Source: Nitrospirota bacterium
GTDB lineage: Bacteria; Nitrospirota; Nitrospiria; SBBL01; JAADHI01
Assembly (NCBI GenBank): GCA_029261165.1
Contig: JAJDBV010000045.1
Location: forward strand, 13,271-77,270
Length of the DNA stretch: 64,000 bases
Direction: 5' to 3'
Made by a program: the position numbers and the translations under genes. Positions within the stretch are counted from its first letter, which is position 1. Each line of letters opens with the position of its first letter. Positions 24,016 to 32,200 of this stretch are shown here, in pieces. The notes below the pieces were generated by a model. The model saw nothing but the letters and a program-made list of their open reading frames with translations. It did not search any database and was not told the DNA's origin.

Positions 24016-26031
24016 TTAATTCGTTGCGCTGAAATTTGTCAGTCCTGTTAAGATGCTGAATTGTTGGGTCAGAAAACTACCCGTCGCCGTCATGCCGCTC
24101 AGCAGAACGTCAAGTCGGGTAAATTGGTCCCGGAGATTTTTTTCAGTGTCGAACAGCCGTGAACTTAAGACCTCTCTCTGGCCGATAATATCTTCGATAC
24201 GCCGATTGATCCCATCGGTCCGGCTGGCAATTTGGCCAGAGGTCCCGAGTAAGTCTACGGCCAGTTTTTCTAATTGAAAGGCATATCCTTCTGAATAAGC
24301 GATGGTTCCCCGGCTTCCCGTGGCCCCTCCTGTAATCTTAATTTTGAGCCCCTCTGCCGTGCTTCCTGCAGAACCGGTCAGGAATTGCCCGAAGCCGGTG
24401 GCGGCACTGTTGTTGATTGTTCCGGCCACATCGGTTCCCGTTGTATCTGTCGGCGTCCCCAAAAGGTTTGTTTTGCCGTTTCCTCCGGTCACATTTACTT
24501 TTGAAGCCGATCCGTAACCGGCCGAGGTCATCGTCAACACACCGACTGATTCCGATACGGTGACAGAGATGCCTGCCGTCGAGAAAGCGTTGGCCCCATT
24601 GATTTTGGACTGGACCTCCGTTGCGAGGGTGCCAGCGGTATAGGTCCCGGCCGCAAGTGTGACCGTGGCGCTCCCGCCGTCAACGGTGACAGTCAATGTA
24701 TCGTTAATTCCGGTTGTAATCGTCAGGCCCGCCGCCGCACTGCCGACCGTCTTCCCTTGTGTGGCCAGGCTGGTTACCGACACCGCGTAGTTGCCCGGAC
24801 TGGTCTTGTCTGTTGCGCTGTCATACTTTATCAGGCTGTCGGACGGCTTGCCAATGGCGACGAAAAGACCTGCAATATCGTTAAAGTTCGTATCGATGGC
24901 GGTTTGCAGCCGGGTAGAGTCAAGGGCCAGTGTTCCATCCTTTTGAAAGGAGACGCCAATATCGGACAATGCCGTAAAGGCACCCGTCAAGGCTGTGACG
25001 GAGGAGGTCATGACGCGTCGGATTTGCCTCTGAATTGACAACACAGAAGTGTCGCCCTGTAAAAGCCCTGCTTGATTGGTGACGGGATCGAAGGCGATCA
25101 GATCGGAAATTGCCGAGTTCACGGTATTAAAGCTGTTCACAAATGTATCGACAGAGGTCTTTAGCCCGCTGGTGTCCTGTGTAACGGTCAGGGTTTCCGC
25201 ACTGCCGATATTTTCCTTGAGAAGGTTCAGCGTCATCCCCTGAATCACATCTGTGATCGTATTGGATGTCTTGACGATGGAGATGCCGTCGACTTTCAGA
25301 TTTGCGTCTTTGGCCGTGACCGTCTCGGAAAGATTTTGTGTTGCGGCTGGATCATGCGCCAGGAGGGTCGACAATGCGGCATCGCCCGTAACCGTGACCT
25401 TGATGCTGTTTTTTTCTCCGATCTTGTCGGAGCTTAAAGAAAGACGGTAAGGGGAGACGCCGCCATCATTCACGATAGAGGCGGTTATGCCGATCTTCGC
25501 CGCGTTGATCGCATCACGGATGCCCAGGAGGGAGTTGTTCGTACTGTCGATGGTCACTGTTGACGCTCCGGAGCCGTTGCTGGCAAAGCTTGCCCCCGTA
25601 TACTTTCCCGTGTTCGAATCGAAGGTGCCGCCGCTGATCGTGCCGAAGTCAAAAGTCAGCGTGCCATTTCCAACCACATCCGTGGTATTCGCTTGCCCGA
25701 CGGAAGCCAGCTTTTGTGCCTTGGCCAGTTGGGTTACTTCGACTGAGAAAGACCCTGGGCCCGCCGTCGTTCCTGCCGAGGCTGTAAAGACTGTTTTATC
25801 GGAGGAGACCACATTGAGGTTCTGAAATTTTGATAGATTATTTAAATCCTTGACGGCGTCCTGGAAGGAAGAGATGGTCCCGCTCAAGGTCCCATACGCA
25901 CTGAGTTCGGCCTGAAAGCCGGCCTCTTTCTGATCCAGAAGGAGCAAGGGGCGTTGCTCAATTTCCATTAACTGGCCGATGATTCCGTTGACGTCAAGAT
26001 TTGATCCGATTCCCGGGGAGGCGATAGCCAT
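24016..26031 (-). CDS. fliD: Flagellar filament cap protein FliD (HAP2)
   Basis: 671 aa. N-terminus 'GIGSNLDVNGIIGQLMEIEQRPL...QAELSAYGTL'. Conserved C-terminal helix 'EKNLRDQFTRLDVLLSGM'. Confidence 0.9.
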   Translation of the reverse strand: MAIASPGIGSNLDVNGIIGQLMEIEQRPLLLLDQKEAGFQAELSAYGTLSGTISSFQDAVKDLNNLSKFQNLNVVSSDKTVFTASAGTTAGPGSFSVEVTQLAKAQKLASVGQANTTDVVGNGTLTFDFGTISGGTFDSNTGKYTGASFASNGSGASTVTIDSTNNSLLGIRDAINAAKIGITASIVNDGGVSPYRLSLSSDKIGEKNSIKVTVTGDAALSTLLAHDPAATQNLSETVTAKDANLKVDGISIVKTSNTITDVIQGMTLNLLKENIGSAETLTVTQDTSGLKTSVDTFVNSFNTVNSAISDLIAFDPVTNQAGLLQGDTSVLSIQRQIRRVMTSSVTALTGAFTALSDIGVSFQKDGTLALDSTRLQTAIDTNFNDIAGLFVAIGKPSDSLIKYDSATDKTSPGNYAVSVTSLATQGKTVGSAAAGLTITTGINDTLTVTVDGGSATVTLAAGTYTAGTLATEVQSKINGANAFSTAGISVTVSESVGVLTMTSAGYGSASKVNVTGGNGKTNLLGTPTDTTGTDVAGTINNSAATGFGQFLTGSAGSTAEGLKIKITGGATGSRGTIAYSEGYAFQLEKLAVDLLGTSGQIASRTDGINRRIEDIIGQREVLSSRLFDTEKNLRDQFTRLDVLLSGMTATGSFLTQQFSILTGLTNFSATN

Positions 26032-26214
26032 AGTTCCTCACTTTTTTAGACAGATCCTTTTAGACCAGGATGTTGTAACTTCTCAGGTTGCCGATATTTT
26101 TTTATCACTGTCCTCGGGCGGCGTTGTTGTGGCGCGCGAAGCGCTCCCGTAGCCCTCGCGCCTTGCCCCGAAAGGAAACCCGGCAAGCTGAACAGTGACA
26201 ACATCCGTGAATGT

Positions 26215-26230
26215 TGCAACTTCAGTGCCT
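26215..26230 (-). promoter_or_regulatory. Sigma-54-type (-24/-12) promoter upstream of fliD-fliS-fliT
   Basis: The minus strand reads AGGCAC-TGAAG-TTGCA, with the GG and GC separated by 10 nt (consensus TGGCAC-N5-TTGCW). It is about 185 nt upstream of the fliD ATG. Confidence 0.6.
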
Positions 26231-26257
26231 TAATCTCATTGTTGTTGCCCGGAATGA

Positions 26258-26629
26258 CTACCCGACGGTATGCAGGATCGCGCTCATGTCACGCTCGAGA
26301 TGATGCGCGAGGGCCAGCACCTCGTCTGACGGGATCTGGCGTATGATCTCCTTTGTCTCAGGATTAACGACGGTAATCACTGTACGGTCTGCCACTTCAT
26401 CAATCCTGAAATGAAGGTCACGCTCCATCTTCCCTGCAAACGCATTCAGTTTATCAACTGTTTGCCGTAGGGTCTCGCTTGCCGCCGGTGTTGCTTCAGT
26501 GTTCTCCGGAGTGCCGTGGGGAACATCTTGCCCACGTATCGGCAAACTTATCCGACCCTTGGATGGTAAGGTCTTGCCCGAACCGCTTACGGGGACGACC
26601 TGTTCCGGGATAGGATCTATTGGAGTCAT
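26258..26629 (-). CDS. flaG: Flagellar protein FlaG
   Basis: 123 aa with 'LHFRIDEVADRTVITVVNPETKEIIRQIPSDEVLALA', the characteristic FlaG C-terminal block. Located downstream of flagellin. Confidence 0.85.
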   Translation of the reverse strand: MTPIDPIPEQVVPVSGSGKTLPSKGRISLPIRGQDVPHGTPENTEATPAASETLRQTVDKLNAFAGKMERDLHFRIDEVADRTVITVVNPETKEIIRQIPSDEVLALAHHLERDMSAILHTVG

Positions 26630-26656
26630 GCAATGCCTCCCTCATGATGATGGGTC

Positions 26657-26686
26657 GGCGCTCGGGGAAGATCGCCCCCGAGCGCC
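26657..26686 (-). terminator. GC-rich 11-bp hairpin between flagellin and flaG (attenuator/partial terminator candidate)
   Basis: GGCGCTCGGGG-N8-CCCCGAGCGCC, starting 29 nt after the flagellin stop. No clear U-tract, so function is uncertain. Confidence 0.4.
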
Positions 26687-26714
26687 GTTCCTATCAGTTG
26701 TCGGCGGACTTCTC

Positions 26715-28157
26715 TTACTGGAGAAGTGCCAACACGTTCTGTGGCAGGGAGTTGGCCTGAGACAAGATGGCGATACCCGCTTGCTGCAGGATCTGGCCTC
26801 TTGCGAGGGCCGCCGTTTCGGCCGCGAAGTCGGCGTCTTCAATCCGGCTCCTTGATGCCGAGAGGTTTTCCGCCGTCGTCGAGATACTGACGATGGTGGA
26901 GGTGAACCGGTTCTGAAGGGCACCCAGATCGGCACGGGTGCTGTTGATCGTGGTCAGCGCCGCGTCGATAATCGCCAAGGCGTTGGTCGCCCCCGTTGCA
27001 GTCGTCAAATCGACCGACGAAACACCGGCACCTACGGTGGTCGTTGCCGCAGTGACGCCGATCGTTGCCCCGATCAACGCAGACTCCGTGCCACCGATGG
27101 TGATGCCGTCGACTGACGAGGAGGTCAGATTGATCGCTGCCTGGGTGGTGGCCACGACCAGGCCGCTGTCGCCGGCAGTGGTTCCAGAGATTTGGATGTT
27201 CCGGCCATCGGCGGCGGTCAGTGTATAGCCAGCGGCGGAGGCCACTGCGGTCACCCCGGTCTGGCTGCTTATGGAATTGATGGCGGCGGTCATTTCTCCC
27301 GCAGCCACGGAAGCATCGGCGGAGAGGACAACTGCGCCTGCCGTCCCGAGAGCGATCCCGTTAAGCGACATGCCCGCGGTGTCGCCACCGACAGCGGTGG
27401 CAGTGACCGCGAGAGAGGTCGCGTCGATCGTTGCCGTAACGCCGCTGTTTCCAGAGACCGCGTTGATGGCGGCGGCCTTGGAAATGGCACTCGCCGTGTC
27501 CAGGGTTGAAGACACGCCGTCGGCGGTACTCGCACCGATGGCCGTGCCGTTCAGGACCAGGCCTCCGGCCGTCAATGCTGTGGCGGTCGTTGCAGTCAGG
27601 GCGTTCAGGTCTGTCACAGAACTTGATCCCGATCCCACCCCTAAAGCAGCACTTCTTGAGCTTGAGATCGAGGAAATCGTAATCTGGTTGGAGCCTCCGG
27701 AGTTGGCTCCGACCTGGAATGTCTGTGCCGAGAAGGTCCCGTCGAGCAGGACAACGCCATTGAAGTTCGTGTTCTGTGCGACACGGTCGATCTCAGAAAC
27801 CAGGAGCGAAGCCTCTGCATTCAGGGCCGCACGGTCTGTCGTGCTGTTGGTGGCATTGGCCGACTGGACGGACAATTCACGGATACGCTGGAGGTTGTTA
27901 ATCACCTCGTTTAAGGCCCCCTCTGCGGTCTGAGCGAGAGAGACCCCGTCGTTTGCATTCCGGGCCGCCACATTGAGCCCACGGATCTGTGCGCTAAATC
28001 TAGCGACAATCGCGACGCCCGCCGCGTCATCTTTCGCACTGTTCAAGCGCAGACCGGAAGAGAGACGCTGCAATGCCGTTGACAATGCGCTTTGCGACTT
28101 GTTCAAGTTTCTTTGTGCATTTAAAGATGGAATGTTTACATTGACTGTTAATCCCAT
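26715..28157 (-). CDS. fliC: Flagellin
   Basis: N-terminal 'NIPSLNAQRNLNKSQSALSTALQRLSSGLRLNSAKDDAAG' and C-terminal 'AETAALARGQILQQAGIAILSQANSLPQNVLALLQ'. The central domain is rich in Ala, Thr, Ser and Gly. The ATG at 28157 is preceded by AAGGAGGA. Confidence 0.95.
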   Translation of the reverse strand: MGLTVNVNIPSLNAQRNLNKSQSALSTALQRLSSGLRLNSAKDDAAGVAIVARFSAQIRGLNVAARNANDGVSLAQTAEGALNEVINNLQRIRELSVQSANATNSTTDRAALNAEASLLVSEIDRVAQNTNFNGVVLLDGTFSAQTFQVGANSGGSNQITISSISSSRSAALGVGSGSSSVTDLNALTATTATALTAGGLVLNGTAIGASTADGVSSTLDTASAISKAAAINAVSGNSGVTATIDATSLAVTATAVGGDTAGMSLNGIALGTAGAVVLSADASVAAGEMTAAINSISSQTGVTAVASAAGYTLTAADGRNIQISGTTAGDSGLVVATTQAAINLTSSSVDGITIGGTESALIGATIGVTAATTTVGAGVSSVDLTTATGATNALAIIDAALTTINSTRADLGALQNRFTSTIVSISTTAENLSASRSRIEDADFAAETAALARGQILQQAGIAILSQANSLPQNVLALLQ

Positions 28158-28233
28158 GATTCTATCCTCCTTGATTGAAATGACGGGCATCCATGCCCGA
28201 TTGTTTTGAGAGCTTTGTCCTCTCGTGCTTACA
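28158..28233 (-). promoter_or_regulatory. Flagellin 5' leader with three GGA (CsrA-type) sites
   Basis: RNA sense. Hairpin GAGAG-GACAAAG-CUCUC (28224-28208). Hairpin CGGGCA-UGGA-UGCCCG (28199-28184), with GGA in the loop. AAGGAGGA overlaps the SD (28172-28165). Confidence 0.5.
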
Positions 28234-28239
28234 GTAGTC

Positions 28240-28266
28240 TTATCGGATCAGGGATGAGAAACTTGA
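28240..28266 (-). promoter_or_regulatory. Sigma-28-type promoter of flagellin
   Basis: The minus strand reads TCAAGTTT (28266-28259), an 11-nt spacer, then TCCGATAA (28247-28240). Confidence 0.7.
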
Positions 28267-28385
28267 GGGGAAATGGACCGGTGGGTGGTCAAAGAATGAT
28301 GAAAAAATGAAAAATTACCTCATTATCTTGAAATCTTATGGAACTATTTAGGAGAATAGGTTGAAGGGGATTAGAAAGCAGGTGG

Positions 28386-28501
28386 ATAGGCTGAAGGCTG
28401 AAGGTTAAACCCGGCAGTTCCTTCGCGTCGTCGGACGCGAAGGTTTTGAGTTTTGTATGATCACGTATTATTTTCCTAATAGCCCTCAGCCTTCAGCCTA
28501 T
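28386..28501. repeat. Nested inverted repeat: 19-nt arms (18/19) enclosing a 10-bp GC hairpin
   Basis: The outer arms are ATAGGCTGAAGGCTGAAGG (28386-28404) and CCCTCAGCCTTCAGCCTAT (28483-28501). The inner hairpin is CCTTCGCGTC-GTCG-GACGCGAAGG (28420-28443). On the plus strand it is followed by TTTTGAGTTTTG. Confidence 0.6.
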
Positions 28502-28505
28502 TCAC

Positions 28506-28943
28506 CTAAGTCTCTTTGATCACCGGTTCGCGAACGTCGTAGCCGGCATCATAAAGGATGATCTGCTTCCCCTTTCGGGTCTCGGCGTTAATGACAAGGG
28601 GCGCCTGGAGATTTGCGGTCAGCTTGAGTGGATCGTCGTGCGGAATGGTCAGAATCGCCAATATCATCAGGGCACCGGCATCGGGGGTCTCAAGGCCCTG
28701 AAGGTCTTCTTTTCGAAGCGTGGGCCGGTAATCGGACTTAAAGATAAGCGGATCCATGACCGCGAAGGCCAGTTCAGGATCTTCCATGGCCTGGAGCCAG
28801 AAGAAGGGATGTCCTTTATCCTTTTCAACCAGGATATAGCGTTTCTCGATCGGGAATCCCAGTATACCTTCCGGGAAATCAATGAGACGGTCTGCTTCAA
28901 CATCCAGGCGGCCCAATTTCCTGCTTTCGATGACAATGCTCAC
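28506..28943 (-). CDS. fliW: Flagellar assembly factor FliW (CsrA antagonist)
   Basis: 145 aa with 'IDFPEGILGFP', 'FFWLQAMEDPELAFAVMDP' and 'LTANLQAPLVIN'. Confidence 0.9.
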   Translation of the reverse strand: MSIVIESRKLGRLDVEADRLIDFPEGILGFPIEKRYILVEKDKGHPFFWLQAMEDPELAFAVMDPLIFKSDYRPTLRKEDLQGLETPDAGALMILAILTIPHDDPLKLTANLQAPLVINAETRKGKQIILYDAGYDVREPVIKET

Positions 28944-28946
28944 GGT

Positions 28947-29207
28947 TTACTCTCCTTTTCCATGTTCCGGTCGTATGTCCTTCACGATCTCCCTCCCCAG
29001 GATATCCTCGAGCTTCTCGGGATGGAGATCGGCCGCATCCTTGTTCTCACGCATGATCCTGGAGAGAACCTCCTCCCGATGTACGGGCACACCGGGGGGC
29101 GCCTCGATTCCCAGCTTCACTTTCCCGCCTTTCACTTCGATGACCACCACCCTGATTTGATCTCCGAGGGTAATCGCTTCTCCGAGTTTTCGTGTTAGGA
29201 CCAGCAT
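28947..29207 (-). CDS. csrA: Carbon storage regulator CsrA with a C-terminal extension
   Basis: 'MLVLTRKLGEAITLGDQIRVVVIEVKGGKVKLGIEAPPGVPVHREEV' followed by an approximately 35-aa tail. Confidence 0.95.
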   Translation of the reverse strand: MLVLTRKLGEAITLGDQIRVVVIEVKGGKVKLGIEAPPGVPVHREEVLSRIMRENKDAADLHPEKLEDILGREIVKDIRPEHGKGE

Positions 29208-29260
29208 AGGGGTTTCCTTATGTACGCAAATCTCCTTCGACAGATGGGGAGATAAAGACC

Positions 29261-32200
29261 CTAATGTGAGGAGATCTTGACATTTTGATAGCGTTCCTTA
29301 ATCAGTTTAATTCGCCTTTCAATCTCCGGATCGAAAAATCCGGTGTTGTAAATCGCTTCCAGCGTCGGGAGAGATTCTTCTCCCGTAAAATAGGACGAGA
29401 AGGCCCGGGCTTTCTCTCGCTGATCCAAAATGCTCGCAAAAAGCCATTCCGCCAGGCGCTCACCAGGATCGATTGCTGCATATTCATCCGATAAGGGCAG
29501 GAAGGGCTCATTGATTTCAATCTCCCCTCCCTTTTCAAAGAGGGCAAATATCTGGTTGAGCAGATGAACCGCGGACTCACGTTTTCCCAGTTCAATCATG
29601 ACCCGACTTAAAGATAAAAGTCGGGGGAGTGTTGCCTTTGCCTTGGCCAACATTACAAGAATACCGTAGGAGGTTTCCAGGGAAGCGTATCGTACTTCTG
29701 CCGTGCGTCCTGCGTCCTTTGCCCTTGCATATAGATTCAGGGCAATCCAATAGGACTCCCATTCTTCTAAATTTGAAGGAACAGTGATCCAGTGCTCAAT
29801 CAATGCAGATGCATAGGGAAACGACTTGAGATAGCCCTGCCAATCCTTTATGTGTGTCCCGGGGAGATCAGAAGCCGGCGCGGCTTTTCGGACCAAGACG
29901 CCCTGTTTCTCCAGGAGGTCCGCACGGTCTCCTTTACAGAAGAACAGATTGACGGCAAAGACATCCAGATCTTCATCTGTTGTAAAAGGAAGTAACAGGT
30001 TCACCCCTGGAACAAGACGATACGGATGATATTCAAGTTGTTTGAATTCGGATACCAATTGTGTATCAACAATTTGATTATCCCGTCTAATACCAAACAT
30101 AATGAGAGGGGAATTTTGTGAGAAAAAACGCTTTCCACTTTGTAAAAATCCGGTATCTGTCGCATTTGTACTTATGCGGACAAAGTCAATTTCTTTCAAG
30201 CCCTGGAATTTCATTTCCGAGTCAAGAAAGAGTGTCCGGTCTCCTTTTACCATAAGGCACAGGTTATCCAGGGCATTATGCGCCTTACTCTTTTCCATAA
30301 AGCGCGCCTCTTTCTCCGTTTTTGTCGTTGCCCACAACCGGCCTTTCCCGCCTACCTTTTTTGCCAGGGGGATCGCATAAGCGCCCACGCCTGTACAAAT
30401 GTCTAGCAATTGCATGCCCGGCTGAATCAAATTCAGCACGAATCCGTGTTCGGGATCAAACCAGCCTTCCTGTTCCCTTAGAATATAGGTGTTGATTTCC
30501 TCGAGTGTGCCTTCTACCGCAATGTCTACCCCTCCTCGGACCGGAATGTATTGGACTGCCTTCTCCTTTGTCTCGGGAATCACAGGAGATTCAGGGAATT
30601 TCCTTTTCCATCCTTCGATGTAGGCGGCTTCCACCTGTTTTGTTAAGTGTATCGGGTCGCACAGAACGGAACTGCTCAAGCTCTCAGGAATGGTGCGATG
30701 AAGTTCAGCAATTCTGGCCGGATTACTTGCCAGCGCGACTGCTTTCTCGACGTATTCTTCTTCGCTAAAAGCAATCAAGTCCTTAAGGTCAATGCCGATA
30801 TTGCTAAGAACCGAGTAGGAAATGCGATGCGGACAGATGTCACCGACCAGGGTGACCACCGAAACCCCCATCCAAAGGGCATCCATTGTTGTCGTTCCGC
30901 CTGTTAAGGGAAAGGTATCTAACATGATGTCAATGTCGTTGTAATAACGCAGATAACTGCCTTTGGGATGCGTCTTCCAAACGATGTCAATGCGCTGCCC
31001 ATCAATGCCGTGTTTGGAAAACTCCTTGAGGATGTTAATCCTTGTCACTTCCATCTCGCAGTTGGGGTGATTGATGATCATTCTGGAATCAGGGATGCGT
31101 TTCAGAATTTGGCTCCAGACATAGATCAGCTCCGGGCTTAACTTATAGGTACTGTTCAGTGAACCAAAAGTAATAAACCGATTTCGTTCAAAGGGGATGA
31201 CCTTTTCAATGGCCTGTTCGAACAGTCTGGACATGGTACATGATATGTGAGGCAGACGAAGTTGTTGTTCAGTAAAATACTTTGCATTGTCAGGGCCATC
31301 CATATAAGGATCGGTGACAAAATAGTCAACAGCGGGTAAGCCCGAGGTGTAAGGGTAGCCAATATACATCATCTGAACAGGGGCGGGGCGATAACTCAGA
31401 GCCCCGAGTCTGCCGTGTTGGGTGTATCCTGCCAGGTCAAGAAGGAAATGGATGCCATCCGAATGGATCCGTTCCGCCAATTGACGGTCGGACAATTGGC
31501 TCACGTTTACAAAGATATCGGCCGCTTCCCGGTATTGCGCGGTGATGTCATCTTCAAGTTCAAGCTTTGTACTCGAGTAGCAATAAACCTCGAAACGATC
31601 TCTGTCATGGTTGTTAATGAGTCCCCGAACAAAGGTACTCACGCTGTGCCGACGAAAGTCGGGTGAAAGATACCCCACGCGCCAACGGGGCGTGGGGTGC
31701 ATCGCCTCTTCATGGGTTTCATAGGCTGGACGCTCCCGGAGGGCTTCAATGGTCTTTCCCGTCATCTTGTGAACATCTAAAAGCGATGCATGACTGATGC
31801 CCACAGTTGCCAATAGGAGCAGGTTAATATTCTCAAAGGAACTTATCGTGGTGCTGTTTTGAGATATTAACTTCATTATTTCGGGAAGGGACTTTTTTGC
31901 CTCTTCCCAGAGGCAAAAATTCTTGGCGCTCGCATATGCGGTAAAAAGCGCCAGGCCCGGGTGCGGCAAGCTTACGATATGATAAGTGAGTTTCAGCATT
32001 TCTTTCTTATTTCCAGTGAGTTTTTCCCAAATGAGCAGGTTTGAAAGAATATCCGGATTGTCTGGGTAACTGCTCAGTGCCTGTCGATAGTATTTCATAA
32101 CGTCTTGAGGTTTATTTTTTCTGGAAGCAATGACCCCGAGGTTGTTGAGGCTAATGACGTTATTTGGGTCGATGGCCAATACTTTATGAAAAATATTTTC

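Noticed and set aside
26063-26094. Plus-strand GCCGATAT box (TTGCCGATATTT) in the fliD leader that resembles a sigma-28 -10.
   Set aside because: The -35 position reads TGTTGTAA, which is a poor match. There is no plus-strand gene downstream, since it points into the 3' end of flaG antisense. It is probably fortuitous.
27271-27933. 220-aa plus-strand ORF (and several others at 26938-27535) antisense to the flagellin gene. Similar long antisense ORFs lie inside fliD (24302-25825), flgK/flgL and the MCP gene.
   Set aside because: They sit opposite Ala/Thr/Gly/Ser-rich repetitive coding sequence, where stop codons are rare on the antisense strand. They have no RBS and low-complexity translations. 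The sense-strand genes have unmistakable flagellar termini.
28638-29198. 186-aa plus-strand ORF antisense to fliW and csrA.
   Set aside because: The opposite strand encodes textbook FliW and CsrA, and the antisense product has no motifs or RBS.
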